From Pelomyxa schiedti (lineage: Eukaryota > Protista > Evosea): a DNA stretch of 39,745 bases. Positions within the stretch are counted from its first letter, which is position 1, and each line of letters starts with the position of its first letter. Shown piece by piece: positions 20,438 through 34,286 of the stretch. The position numbers and the translations under genes were made by a program. The stretch is from positions 1-39,745 of the forward strand of contig JAHLWZ010000945.1 of the NCBI GenBank assembly GCA_020536535.1, written 5' to 3'. The notes beneath the pieces are model-generated. The model worked only from the letters and a program-made list of their open reading frames with translations. It was not told where the DNA came from and searched no databases.

Positions 20438-21827
20438 TCAATGCCAGAAGGACCTTGCTACAGTGACGTAAGTGCAGTTTGCATCAGAGTGACGGACTTG
20501 TAAAACACAGAAACTAGAGATTGGTTCTGTGACTGCAAGGAAGGCTGTCTCCCTGGAATCATGAACGAGAAGCCCTGACTCGGCTGTGGCACAACCAATT
20601 CCACATTGGTTTTTCCTTTTGCACACAGAAGCACTGGTGTCATTTACATCCCATATTTCGTGGCACCATTTGTCGCCAGCACACAAGAGCGAGTCGTTCA
20701 CTGCCGTCAACGAGGTTGGCCTGGGAACTGATGTGATCACTTTCCTTGCTCCTGTTGTTTCCTCAATTTCATTCACCACATTTACTTCATCATCACCTAA
20801 CGCAGCAATGAAACAGCGATTTCCTGTGAGCTTCTTTGTGAAAAGAAGTGGGTTAGAACAGATAGCTGGCCAAGCCCATTCAACTTTCGTTGTGCTCAGA
20901 ACAGTGAACTTCTTTGTGACGAATGCATCATTCACATTGAACACCAGAAGCTTTGCCCCCTGGCCTTCCTTGTCCACCGCAATGACAGCTTCATCCCTCA
21001 CAGAGCTACTGAAGAACACCATACTGACACTGTAGCCATCAAATTGGACTGGAACAACAGCCACACTTGGGCATTCTCCTTCCCCCTCCTTCGTGATTCC
21101 TCTTCCACCTGCTCCCATAATAGCTCCTCCCATCTTGCCGGTTGTCCTCCTCCTCTTGAGGACCCTCCTGGCCTCGTTTATGTCGGCCACAGAATCTACC
21201 ATGTTCAGAATCACCATCCTGTCTGGAGCTGGGTAGTGCAACCACCACTTGTGGGACTGCCACCAGGCGCCTTCCTCACCCTCGTACTCCACCACACCAC
21301 CCATAAGGCTGCTCCCGCTGCCCTCCTCCTCCAGATCTGCGGTCTCGACATACAGCCCTGTGGACGACGAGCCCCCTGGAGCCCTGACCTGCCCCACGAG
21401 CTCCGTCGATTCGCCGACGAGAAAGTGCACAGGGCCCACGACGCAGCAGCGGCGACACACAGAAGCACAGGTGCCCAGGGGGCCGCCGCGGGAGGCCGCT
21501 GAGCAGAAGGAGGTAGTAGCGCCTGGCCACGCCCACCACCCACGAGTCCCAGATCATCCACAGCAGCCACGATGACGACGCCGAGGGCTGGGCGGGGGGT
21601 TGTGGCGAGGGAGAGGAGGAAGGCGGAGGGGAGGCGACAAGAGAGGAGAGGGAGAGGGAGAGGAGGCGGGCGGGGCTGAGGCGGCCGCACCTGGGGTGCG
21701 TGGAAAGCGCGAGTGCCGCGAACTGCTGCGAGGCGACCAGCGTCGGGGAGTACTCGATTGTGGGAGGAAGTGATAGAAGGACTGCCTCTGACCCAGTGAC
21801 GACGGCGGGAAACCACTGCGACGACAT
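20438..21827 (-). pseudogene. Mirror copy of frameshifted QFVA paralogue B
   Basis: Mirror of 17919-19308 with the same frameshift (ORFs 20438-21460 and 21276-21830). Confidence 0.75.
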
Positions 21828-21912
21828 CAATTATGGTAAGCTTTTTCACGAAAGGTTGGTTGTTGTTTTTGTATTGCACCCCAAGTCCCAAAAAAAGGTA
21901 AATGGTTCAGTG

Positions 21913-23310
21913 TCAAAGCCAGCTGTACATTGCTGTGACTTCAGGGCTTTTTGAATCAAGGTGGACTTGTAAAACACAGAAACCAGAGATTGCTTCAGTG
22001 ACTGTCAGCACAGGATCACTGGAATTGTGAATGAGAAGCCCAGACTCAGCTGTTGCAAAACCGTGGTCGCACTTGTTTGGCCTTTTGCACACAACAGAAT
22101 CAGTGCGGTTCACATCCCAGATTTCATGGCACCATTTGTCACTGGCACACAACAGTGAGTGATTCACGGCCGTCAGTACCCAGGCCTCTGGCATTGCTGT
22201 GATCACTTTCGTTTCTCCTGTTGTTTCTTCGATTGCTGTCACAATGTTGACATCATCAAAATCTTCACAAGTTATGATGAAACAGCGTTTTCCTGTGAGC
22301 TTATTTGTGAAAAGAAGTGTCTTCAAACAGTTAATTGGCCATCTCCATTCAACTTTCGTTGTGCTCAGAACAGTGAACTTCCCTGTGATGAATGCGTCAT
22401 TCACATTGAACACCAGAAGCTCTGCCCCCTCGTGTTTCCCTTCAAATTTCAATGCAACAACAGCTTCGTCCCTCACTGATTTATCAAAGGACACCACAAT
22501 GACACTCTTCCCACCAAATTGGACTGGAACCACAGCCACACTTGGGCATTTTCCCCCCTCATACATGATGGGTCCCCCTGCTCCTCCCATAACTCCCATC
22601 TTTCCAGTTGTACTCCTCCTCTTTAGGGTCCTCCTTGCCTCATTTATGTCGGCCACAGAATCCACCATGTTGAGAATCACCATCTTGTCAGAACATGGGA
22701 AGTGCAACCACCACTTGTGGGACTGCCAGGAGTGTTCCCGTCCGTCGTTGTACTCCCCAGCACCACCCATAAGGCTGCTCCCGGCGCCCTCCTCCTGCGG
22801 ATCTGCGGTCTCCAGCACGAGCGCTGCGGATGATAGCATGGGCCCCCTGAGGTACCCCAGGAGGTCGAGCGAGTTGGGCCCGTTCCCGCCGCCAACAAGC
22901 AATTGCACCGGCCCCACAGTGCCGAGCAGCAGCGGTGAAACGCAGAATAAAAGGTTGCGGAACCGCGGGTTCCCAGTAACCCCGGACAAGTCCACGGAGT
23001 AGCGCCTGGCCAGGCCCAGGCACCACGAGTCCCAGATCATCCACAGCAGCCACGACGGCGCGACCGCAGCGGTGTGCCTCGCGGGGGGGCGCCGCTGGGG
23101 CCGCACGGACCACGGCGGGGAGCACGAGAGGAGGCGGGCGGGGCTGAGGCGGCCGCACCTGGGGTGCGACGACAGCGCGAGGGCCACGAACTGCTGCGAG
23201 GCGACCAGCGTAGGCAAGTAATACCCTTTGAAACCCCAACGGTCCCAATCACGAGGAGAACCTGAGAACCCGTAGATGCTGCACGGAATCCAGCTTGATG
23301 TTGAGCACAT
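21913..23310 (-). CDS. Mirror copy of QFVA/HPRCG paralogue A
   Basis: Mirror of 16436-17833. Confidence 0.8.
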   Translation of the reverse strand: MCSTSSWIPCSIYGFSGSPRDWDRWGFKGYYLPTLVASQQFVALALSSHPRCGRLSPARLLSCSPPWSVRPQRRPPARHTAAVAPSWLLWMIWDSWCLGLARRYSVDLSGVTGNPRFRNLLFCVSPLLLGTVGPVQLLVGGGNGPNSLDLLGYLRGPMLSSAALVLETADPQEEGAGSSLMGGAGEYNDGREHSWQSHKWWLHFPCSDKMVILNMVDSVADINEARRTLKRRSTTGKMGVMGGAGGPIMYEGGKCPSVAVVPVQFGGKSVIVVSFDKSVRDEAVVALKFEGKHEGAELLVFNVNDAFITGKFTVLSTTKVEWRWPINCLKTLLFTNKLTGKRCFIITCEDFDDVNIVTAIEETTGETKVITAMPEAWVLTAVNHSLLCASDKWCHEIWDVNRTDSVVCKRPNKCDHGFATAESGLLIHNSSDPVLTVTEAISGFCVLQVHLDSKSPEVTAMYSWL

Positions 23311-23344
23311 GGTTCCTTCCACTAAAACAGGTTCGTTGATCAAG

Positions 23345-26016
23345 ATGATGCAGATCGGTGACACCACCGCCGACGACCCACCCAGCCACCCCAGCAACAA
23401 CGGCGGAAGTGGGGTCGTTGCAAATTATGGGACTGCCACTGCTGCTCCCAACGACGTAGTTGTTGTGGTGCAAACCGAGACAGTGAAAGAGGCTGCAACA
23501 CCAAAATCACCAGAAACGAAACGACACAGGACAACAACAACAACAACAACAACCACCATGGCCTTTGATGTTGATGTTGTTTGCACCACCACAGTCCATT
23601 CTTATGATCAAATGTGGAGTGACAAGATTGCTGCTGCTTGTTCATGTGGGTGAAACAAACAACCACACACCCAAATAATGACACACAAAAAAAAAAAAAC
23701 AAAGATGGAGGAGGGGAGAAGAACCCCCAGAACAAACTGATGATTGAAGCCCTGCACCAGTTGGAGCTGGGCAACATCGGTCCTGCTGTTGGACTTGTCT
23801 CACAGGCTTACTCTCACTTCAACAACAACAATTCTGATCCTGATTCAGTCTTCACTTTGTCTCCTCCTGGTTTGTTTCACTTCACTTTTTCCTGGTGATG
23901 TGATTACCAATTCTGCAATCTCCCCCCCACCCAAACAGTGAGTGACAATGACAAACCGAAACAGCAGCACTACCTTCCAGGGTTGTTGTTCCTTTATGGA
24001 CTGGCCAAAATCACACCAAATTGTGAGAAGCTCTACCACGAGATTATTCCCCCAGTGCTGTCCACTACTTTTTCCTTTGCAATCTCATATGGGGTTCATA
24101 AATTGAGAGAGTTCTGCCACACCATTCTGGGACTCAACACAAGAGAACCAGGGAGGCCAAAAGTCATTGAGGAGTGGAACAGCTTGCTTTCAGCCGTGGC
24201 ATCACCCCACCACATAATAGTTCACCCTCCTCAGTCATCATCATCAATAGCAACGTCATCAGAGTGGTGTGACTCTTCCTCTCTCATCAATCTTGTCACA
24301 CTGCAGAACACTGATCCGTTGTCCTCTTCCTCCTCCTCATCGTCATCATCATCAATGATAAGATTCCCATCATCGTGGTCGTGTTCATACTTTGTTGCAC
24401 TCTGGATGGCATTTTGTTGGGAGGACTGTGGCGAAAAAAGCATGCTTCTGGTTGCACTTTCAGCAAAAGAAGTTCCTCCTCCTTCTGTTGAACCTGTTGT
24501 GACTGTGAGCACGTCAACATCAGCACAACCACAACCTCCAGCGCTCTTGAGGTTTGCTTGCATGACTCTGCTGGGGGATTTGTACCAGTGTGCTTCACAC
24601 CAGAAGGCTTTCTCACTTTATCAGATGGCTGCTGACTCTGGTGACCCCTGCGCAATTTGTTATCTTGGAGAGTGCTACTACAATGGGAGGGGTGTTGAAA
24701 AGGATGCAAAGAGAGCGGTTGCGTTGTATCAGAGGGCTGTTGAGGCGGGATTCACACACAGTGCAATTTTCAACCTGGCTGATTGTTACTATTACGGGAC
24801 GGGTGTTGAGAAAGACTTCCACAAGGCCACAGAGCTCTACCAGCAGGCCCTTGATGCCGGTTTCACTTATGCTGCTGGCGACCTTGGATACTGTTATGAC
24901 AATGGGATTGGTGTTGACGAAGATCCAACCAGAGCAGCGGCATTGTACCAGCGAGCTGTTGATGGAGGCTGGATCTGCCCAAAGGCAATGCACAACCTTG
25001 CAATGTGTTACCACAATGGTATGGGAGTGCAACAAGACTTCCACAAGGCCTCACTGCTGTACCAGCAGGCCCTCAATGAGGGCCACACCACTTCGGCCTG
25101 TGACCTTGGATACTTCTACCAACTCGGGATTGGTGTTGATAAAGACCCAACCAGAGCAGTGGCATTGTATCAGCAGGCTGCTGATGATAAAAACCTTGAG
25201 GCCATCCACAACCTGGCTGTGTGTTATTTCAACGGTAGTGGTGTTGACAAAGATCCCACGAGAGCAGCGGCATTGTATCAGCAGGCTGCTGATGCTGGGC
25301 TCCCCATTGCCATGTGCGATCTGGCTGCATGCTATGAAAATGGCACTGGGGTCAAGCAAGACTTCAACAAGGCTGCTGCGTTGTATCAGAGGGCTGCTGA
25401 TGGCGACAGTGACAGGTGCCCAAGGGCACTCTACCGCCTTGCAAAGTGTTACTGCGATGGCCTGGGAGTCCAACAAGACTTCCCAAAGGCAGTAATGCTG
25501 CTCCAGAAAGCCCTCGATGAGGGGTACACCTTTGCTGCGTATAACCTTGGATTCTTCTATGACAAGGGTATTGGTGTTGATAAAGACCCAACCAGAGCAG
25601 CACCATTGTTTCAGAAGGCTGCCGATGATGATAAAAACCAAGAAGCCATGCACAACCTGGCTGTTTATTATTACGGTGGAACAGGTGTCAAGCAAGACTT
25701 CAGCAAGGCTGCAGCTCTCTTCCAGCAGGCCCTTAATTTCGGCCACACAGGTTCAGCTTATGGACTTGGGCTCTGCTACTTCGATGGGAGGGGGGTCAAG
25801 CAAGACTTCCACAAGGCTGCTGTTCTCTTCCAGCAGGCACTGGATTCTGGGTGGACTGAGTCAGCCTGTGGGCTTGGATTGTGCTATGCTGATGGTCTGG
25901 GTGTTGAGAGGGACATCAGAACTGCTGCAAAGTTCTTCAGACTCGCTGCTGCTGAAAACGACTCTGCCGCACAGGAGCACTTAAACAACATCATCTTGTG
26001 GAAATCGGGTCTCTGA
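23345..26016 (+). CDS. Mirror copy of the Sel1-repeat protein
   Basis: Exons 23345-23645, 23705-23869 and 23939-26016; mirror of 13730-16401. Confidence 0.85.
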
Positions 26017-26415
26017 ATCACAGGTCAGTGGTTTGGGAAATGAGAGGAGACAAGTGTATAAACGAGCAACAACGGGTTGCAGGGATTGTAGGCTTGTTTC
26101 TGATTTTGCTGGGATTTGTTGATGTTTTGTGCCGTGGGGCGGTTGCTGCGGCGACGACGAATCAGGTCCCACCTCGGCACCGTGGTCCTGACATGAAACA
26201 CAGCTTTCGAATTATTCGATGAGTACAACGAGGAAGACCATGCCACTAGTGGTGAAGTGATAGTTGAAATAAAAATTAATAATGTAGAAAGGTCTTTTCC
26301 AACCCATACGAAAGTCCCGCCATGACACCATCCCTTTGTTGTATTTGCAGCTTTCCACTGATGAAGACAATCGTGGCTGTCAAAAAGATGGAAGGCGCAA
26401 AATCTCGGAGACGTG

Positions 26416-28603
26416 ATGAGTAATCTGAAGTCGCAACAGAGTTCGACGACGATGCCGCCCGTTTGGAAGCAAAGACAGGAGCGCAGTGGGTACATTCTCA
26501 GTGTGTCGTTGACGGTCTGGCGTGACATCGTTCCCCTGGCGGTGCCCACTGGCGTCCGCGGCGAGTGGCGTGTCGACGACTGCGTCGGGCTGATGGCCCT
26601 CGCCGAGGCTCTTTTTCCGCTCGTGCCGCGTGCCTGCAACGCAGTTATGGGTGCTGGTGCAGTCGAGGAGAGCGTCGACGACGACGGCGGACATGAAACG
26701 ACGAAGAGGACGGTGGTTGTGGTGCACACGTCGCGGTATTTTGGGCTGAGGTGCGCGGGTCTTGCAGGGAGCAAGAGGTGCGCGGAATGGATTGTGGGAC
26801 ACGCCGTCAGAACGAGGAACAACAACAAGGAGTGCCTCACTGTGCTCAAAGGACTCTGTGCCGGTATGATTATGCAGGACTTGTGTGTGGCTGTTTGATC
26901 CACTTGGCATGTTTAATGTAAATGTGTATGATGCTGAAGCTTATCACACAACATGAAGGAGGACACTTGGAGGTGGCACACGAACTTGTTGACGGGAGCA
27001 GTTATTACTTCAAGTCACTGAGGTGGCCCAGGATTAACCCAGACGTGACTGATTCCATCAGAGAGATGAGCGAGACATGCCACAGCTTGTTGTTTGAGGC
27101 ATGCAGGGGTGGGAGCCTGGACACTGTAAAGTGGGTGATGTCAAGGTTCAGCGGGGTTGGCACTGCGGACTTGGAGCTCATCAAGCCATTTCTGTGCGCT
27201 GTGAGGCGGGGCCATGTGGACATTGTGAAGTGGTTGGCATCCACAACTGCCGTTTTGGTTGCTTGCAGAAATTCACCGCTGAGACGGGAGGAACTCTGTG
27301 GCAGTGCTAGTGTGGAAGTTGTGAAGATGTGCACTCAGTGGTTTTTTGGCACAGCAGCAGAGAGAAGAGCGGCTTTGGGTTTCGAAGTACTTCTTAAATA
27401 CATGGAGTTGGCAGAGCAGAGGGACTGCATTGAATTCGAGGAAGGGTGCCAATGGATCAAGGACACCTTTGACGTTCCAATTGGTTCCCCCTTGTTGAGT
27501 GTCAAAAGTTACAAAGGTTTGAAGTGGGTGCTGGATAATTATCTGCCGCCCAAGTCAGACTTGATGAATTTTTCAAGTAAGTTCCTCCTTGCTGACGAGG
27601 AAATCGTGAGCTCCTACATCACTGATTTGTGGCCAGTCACTCCACAAGATTTAGTTGCCGCGTGTGGAAACGAGAAAGACAATGTGGAAACAGTCAAGTT
27701 CATCCTGTCAATGACAACAACGGCTCCAACACTCAAATGTATACGAGAATGTCTTGTTCAGGCACTTTTAGTGAACAACACGTCCATTGCCAAGTGGTTG
27801 GAAAGTACATTCCGCGTGATGAGGCGCCTGAAACATGCTCTGAACACTGATGACACTTTATGGAGAATTGCTCGTGGAAACCCTGGTTCTCGTGGGACTC
27901 AATGGTTCCTTTCTCACGCAAACCTGCCCAGCATCACTCCAATCACCGAGAGAACTGTGTCTCTTCTTCGTAGAAAGCCACAAGAGTTCTGGGCGTTTCT
28001 GGATGCGCTCCCTGTGGCCAGGCGTTACAGAGTGTACACAGTTACCTGTGCTGTGGAATCGTGGACCCTGTCACAGACCCAGCACTTTGTGTCTCCAGAA
28101 AGTGGGTATGATGCTGAGAAAATTTCCCGGGGTCTGAAGAGCTGCCGCCATGTGCAGTCTGGAAAGGTGGTCAAGTGGTTGATACAAACATTTAGCTTGA
28201 CTTCTTATCAAGTGGCTTCTGTCAGCATGCTTAGAATTCTGATTGAGAGCAACAAAATCAGATGCGCTGAGTGGTTGATACACACGTTTAAGATTACTTT
28301 GGCCCAGGTAATGGCTGCGCACCATCCCCCAACCATTCCACAGCACTAACTAACGACTGCAACCATCCCAACCAAATCTTTGCACAGGTTACCCCCATGC
28401 TGAAAACATTCCAGAGCGCAACAACAAAGATAAGTGTCCCAATGTGGAAGATGCTGCTGCGCGTGTTTCCTCAAATTACAGCCGAGTTTGCCAAGGAGCA
28501 CCTCATGCAGTTTGTTTTCATGTCACCACTCCACACCACTGTGTCCATTCGCACGCTGGGACTTTCAAAGGACGACATACTTGCCAGGAGGAAGGAGACT
28601 TGA
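26416..28603 (+). CDS. Mirror copy of the ankyrin-like repeat protein
   Basis: Introns 26864-26958 and 28308-28387; mirror of 11143-13330. Confidence 0.75.
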
Positions 28604-29140
28604 GTGATTGCCCGCATGCATGCACATTGGCCAATGCAAGGAGGCCTTGTTTGTTGGCGAACCCGTTACCTTCCAGAGAAGCACAAAGAGACATGTTTTT
28701 TAATGCACGGCAGAGCTGCAGTGGCATCTTTTTTTGATGTGACATCTGCCTTCCTCAGGGAGGGAGTGGCCGATCGGACAGGCGGGGAGGTGAACCCAGC
28801 GCGGTCTGATGTGTTTTGCGACGTCACTTGGCAAGGGGCCCAGTGAGATGGAATTGTGGGGGCACAGTGTGAGGCAATAGGAAATAGGGGGATGAGAAAT
28901 CTTTGAATTGAAAACCCCAAGTCGCATCTGCTAACACAGACTCCTAACTCAGACTGTTCTCATTTATTCCACCATGGTCAGAACCTGGGTGCACAGATGA
29001 TTCTGATGTCCCCACTTGTAACTCCCCTTCCGAGTTGTTGCACCCTCCACGCTGCTGTGTGGCACGCCTGTGGTCACCCAAAGCAGCACCCGTGTACAAA
29101 AGCCACACTGCCTTCCTTGACACCTGTGCCGTTGTCAGAG

Positions 29141-29683
29141 CACACAGCCAGTTTTTATCACCGGCAGCCTGCACAATGCCGCTGTCTTGTGAGATCCTTC
29201 AACGCCAATACCGTGTGCGTAACAGTATCCAAGGCCACAGGCAGAAGTGCTTTTGTCACACCACTCAGATGATGATGATGAGAACTGAGGGGGGTGAATT
29301 ATTATTAATGCAGTGGAGTGATCCCACTGCTGTTCCACTCCTCAATGACTTGGGGTTATCTTGTGGCAGAACTGCCGTAACCCCAAATGACGCAGATGCG
29401 GTCCTGCGTCGTTTCGTTTCTGGTGATTTTGTTGCAGCCTCTTTCTCTGTCTCGCAGGACTGCATCTGCCACAACAACAACAACAACAGCGTGGTCGGGG
29501 GAAGCAGCAGTGGCAGTCCCATAATTCGCGACGTCTTCACTGTTGTTACCTCGTTTTTCGGCAACAGATGTCGTGGTTGTTTTTTGACCACTATTGATTC
29601 GAACTGCGCGGAGGCAGAGGGGTCTGGGAGTATTGTGCTTGGAATCCCCAACGGGACCAATTCCCAGGAGGAGTACCTGAGAA
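29141..29683 (-). pseudogene. Mirror copy of the scrambled Sel1/QFVA relic
   Basis: Mirror of 10063-10605. Confidence 0.8.
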
Positions 29684-29768
29684 ACTCTGCAATGATGAAT
29701 CCGTGAAAAGGATTTGGATCAAAATTTGTGTAGCATTACGCTGGGCAAGCGACACCCATTCGTCTCAA

Positions 29769-31890
29769 ATGCACGGTGGTGTGTGGCTCTTTCTCGCACT
29801 TATGGGTCGATTGCTAACACGCACGCACACAACAGATGTGAACGCGGCGGTGATTGACGTTGGTTCCGTGTCCACAAAGTATCAACTCATTTTTGACATC
29901 CCATTATTGGTCTTTAACCCCACCAAAGGGGAGGATGCGCAGGGGACGACATTCCAAAGGCTGTTTTTCCAACGGTATTGTGGGAGACAATTATATAATA
30001 TTTCTATATTTTTCCCCGTTTTTGAACTTCAATATTAGAGTAAGTTTTTAAACAGGTGAAAGTTAACATAGAAAACGATTTCTACCCACCTAACACACAC
30101 TTATGCAGAGTGTTGGGTTAATTGCTGGCCCCCCTCCACTTTCCCTGGATTCCGGTACATCCACTTCCACAGAGAAACAAAAAACGTGGTTGGTTGGTTC
30201 CAATGCTCTTGCTTTAAGGTACATTTCCAGGTCATTTTGTTTTACTGCTCACATTGTTATTATTAGGCGGGATACCATGGAAATTGTTGAGCCTCTGAGA
30301 CATGGCTTAGGTACTGTCCATTGTTTTCGTGTATTAGTACTGCATTACTAAACAAAAAGACCAGTGCACGAGTGGGAGGCAATAGAACAAGTCTGGGAGC
30401 ATGTCCTCAAAGACAGATTGATGCTTGTTCCTTCAGAACATCCAATATTGCTCTCTGAACCTTCATACACAACAAAACTTCACAGGTTACTTTTTCTTTC
30501 CCAGAATGGAATTTAAAATATCGATTTCTGCCTGAAGAGAACGGACAACTCAACTCATTTTCGAACATTTTAAAACTCCTGCCTTTTTCCTTGCCAAAAC
30601 CGCTGTCCTGTCCAGGTAAATTCCAAACTTCCAATTACTTTTTGTTTTTTTTTTTTTTAATTTTTTGGTTTCTCCTCAAAGTTTTTCTGCTGGAAAACCT
30701 ACTTCACTTATTGTGGACTGTGGTGGGTCTTCCACTGTTGTTACTCCAGTTTATGAAGGCTATGTCCTCAATAGAGGTATTTCCCCAGATGCACCACTAC
30801 AATTAACAGAAACCTACAGTCTCTCTTCAATCCTCCCTTTTTTTTCTCTCTCCCAAAAAAATCTTTTCTTGAAAAATAGGAGTGGTAACCTCAGGGATCG
30901 GCGGCCAGTGGCTGACAAATACACTCACAAGTGCACTTCAACAACGGGGAATTTCAGTGACACCACAATTTTTGTTCACGAAAAGTGAAGTGGGGCCTGG
31001 TGAATTTAGAGTGAGTCTCAGAGAGGTTCCTCACACTCAGTCTTACAAGAACTTCATGATCAAAGTAAGCATGATTTTTTCTGAGGTATTTATTAATCAA
31101 CCAAAAGGGAATTGTTGATGATATGAAAGAAAGTCTTTGCCAAGTTGCCAGTTCTCCGATAAAAGACTTGTGTGTTCCTTAAATGACTAAAGTACAATTT
31201 AACAACACATATTAGAAAAGCCGTTATTCCAGTTGGAGGAACTGCACCCAGATATGAGCTTCCCGACGGACAATGCGTGGAATTGCCTCTGGAGCAAACC
31301 GCTATTCCTGAGTTACTGTTCAATCCCACACTTTTCAAGGTTTGCTTTCTCCAGGATCTACCTTTTGATAAATCCGGATGAAGGAATTGGCACCACCACC
31401 TAATTCCACACCATTGCCGGAAATGGTCAAAGCCAGTTTAACCAGGTTCTTTATTTAGTTTTATGCTGGATTTTCTTAAAGCTTTGGCAGGTGTGACACT
31501 GATGCACGTGCACTTATGCAACAAAATGTTCTTATTACTGGAGGATCTAGTATTTTCCCAGGACTTGTAGACCGGCTCAATTCAGAAGTGTCCAGTATTT
31601 TACCTGTATGCAACCAGTGAATCTCCTGGCCACTGACATTTCCCAACCCCACAACAAACAAAATTCGCAGGCAAGCAAAGGCAATAGGTTCATTGCGCCG
31701 GGACCTCTCGAGCGTAAATTCAGTGTGTTCATAGGAGGGTCAATTCTAGCCTCCCTGGAATCTTTTGTTCCAATGTGGATATCCTCACAAGGTTTGTTTT
31801 TCTTCACCCACACAAACGCGGCAATAACCAGCTTTCTAACCAGAGTATCTGGAGAAAGGAGCCTCAGTGGTAAACTCCAAGTGTCCATGA
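29769..31890 (+). CDS. ARP4: Mirror copy of ARP4
   Basis: Mirror of 7856-9977; ATG at 29769, TGA at 31888-31890. Confidence 0.88.
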
Positions 31891-32139
31891 CACCCCTGCC
31901 CCACCACAAGGGAAAAAAACATGTCCCACAAGTCTACAATCCAAAGAAGACATCGTGTAGTTCAATACAATGGGTCCTTTGGGTTTCCCAGAGAAAGTTG
32001 CGGTTTACAGGCAGGGCTTCGAGTTTTGTACCAAGTCATCATGAAATCCCCTACAGCCACGCTGTTTTCGAAACCGTTGACGCGACTGTAAATCGCAAAA
32101 ATTTCGGTTTTTTTTTTGAGCGCGGAGTTGACACTGTAG

Positions 32140-34134
32140 ATGTCTGCAACGGCACCGTCGACAACAGCAACAACGTCGTCAGGGGGGTCGTGGCGGTTGA
32201 TCTTGCCTTGCGAGGACACCCCAAACTGGGAGAGAACACGACGTGTGTTTCTGGAGCACCTCCCTTGCCGCTGTATCTCCGCCACTGCGACTTATGGGAC
32301 TCCTGGGCCCGCCGATGTTGGCGCCGAGGGTGCCCTCGGCGGGAACGGGAATGGCTATGGCGATGTGGACGCCGGCGTCGGCGTGGGTTGCAATTGTGGG
32401 TGCGATTGGGCTGCATACTTGGACTCTGTGATCACTGAAATGGCTGTGTCTATCACTGACCAGAAGTGTCACTTCTTCAAGAATATTCCTGGGTCACCTG
32501 ATGCTGGCCAGTTTGATTTCCCTGTATGGTAACTAGTGCTAGAATGAATTACAATAAGTAATTCACCCTGCCAACCTTTGCTATATTAAAAAAAAAACCA
32601 TTATACTCATGTTTTTGTGCAGACATTCTGGAAGTTTGGTGCACCTTTAATGGTTTCGGTGGCATTGGAGATGCCACGATTATTTGCTGGTGTGGATGTA
32701 CCGCTCTTACTTGCTGGGGATTCAAAGACTGTTGTTCTCTCCCACCGGCAGTGTGCTTGCCTGCTGGCACATAGTGCATTTGGTTCCATCACCGCTCAAG
32801 CCCGTTGTGTGCGCAAGGAGAAGTGGGCTTTCCGAGCTGCTCAGCTTTTCTTCTTGTACTGACTCGAGCTTTTATATTTGGGCTAAATATCGCTCAACAG
32901 GGAGGCAGTACCCTCTGCGTTATGCTTCTTGAATTATTTCAAGTGCCTTGGCCAGCACGGAATTCCTGATGGTTCTGTCACCTTTGAAAGACGTGGCTTT
33001 AAACGTGGAGTACCAACACCATGGCAATGGGATGGCTGCACCAAATTGCTGTGTCCTGTTGAGATAGTACCCAGCGGATCCATAGAGAATTCCCCTGCAG
33101 AGACACATGCCGATTTTGCAAATAGATTTATTGGTGGAGGTGCCCTTGAAAACGATTTCATGATGGAGGTATTCCCATCACACCTTTTACAACAAAGTCA
33201 TCATCACTTCATTAGGAAATATTATTTGCGATTAAACCAGAACTAATTGTATCCATGGCATTATCTAGCTTTATGCAAGACGAGGAGGCAATTGTCATTA
33301 CTGGTGCTAGGCAGTATTCATGCTACAGTGGGTATGGTCCAATCTCTTATTCCATGCTCTCATCGATATGAAAGATACTCCCATTCCTTTACATTTGAAG
33401 GAGACTACGATGACAGGCGCCCTGGGCCTCCTCCAGCAGTGGCAGCAATGGACGCATTGCAAGGCTTTGCCAAGATACAATTCCAAGAAGGGCTTGTTTT
33501 GCGTGACCTGAACAAAGCCCGTGTTGCATTTGGCGGTTCCCGGACAGTGGCTACTGGTAATTGGGGGTGTGTTCCACTTCTCTCATTCGTCAGTCACAGA
33601 TTTATGTGAACACCCCATATAATAAAACCTAAAATTATTATCGTCACACATGTTTGACTATAATATCTATAATTCTAGATATACTAGAAAGAATGGAACT
33701 ATCCCAACAGCTCATCCCATAACACACACAGGTGCGGCGCCTTTGGTAATGACCACGTGCTGAAGCTGCTTCAGCAGTGGCTAGCGGCCTCAGAAGCCGG
33801 AGCCACGCGGCTGTACTACCACATATTCAATGACAAGAGGATATCATCCGACGCCCCGCCGCTTCTCGCGGGCCTGTCACACCTCGACGTAGGCCAGCTC
33901 TACACAGCACTGATGGACGCCGCAAAGGCCGCAGCCACAGGCGGAGGTGCCTTAACTTTCCGCAAGTGTCTATTGTCTCGTGCGAACAAGGAGGCTGCTC
34001 AGATACTCCAACAACAACAGCAATTACTACTAAACAATAACAACAATTCCGCAACCACGTCATCGTCATCATCAACAACAGACGCCACCGCGGCAGCAAC
34101 AACAATAACAACAACAGAGTCCTCTTCTTCTTAG
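32140..34134 (+). CDS. PARG: Mirror copy of PARG
   Basis: Mirror of 5612-7606. Confidence 0.93.
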
Positions 34135-34286
34135 AGGGAGCTGGAACTCTAGTTCTAGTTCTTTGTGGTGGGAGTATTGCGAATTTTATTGATTGTTTTG
34201 TTGAACATACAAATTTCAATTGGTATATTTTGACATGGTGGTGTGGATGATGGGGATTGGCGGTAGGATTTGTGAGTGGTTAATTG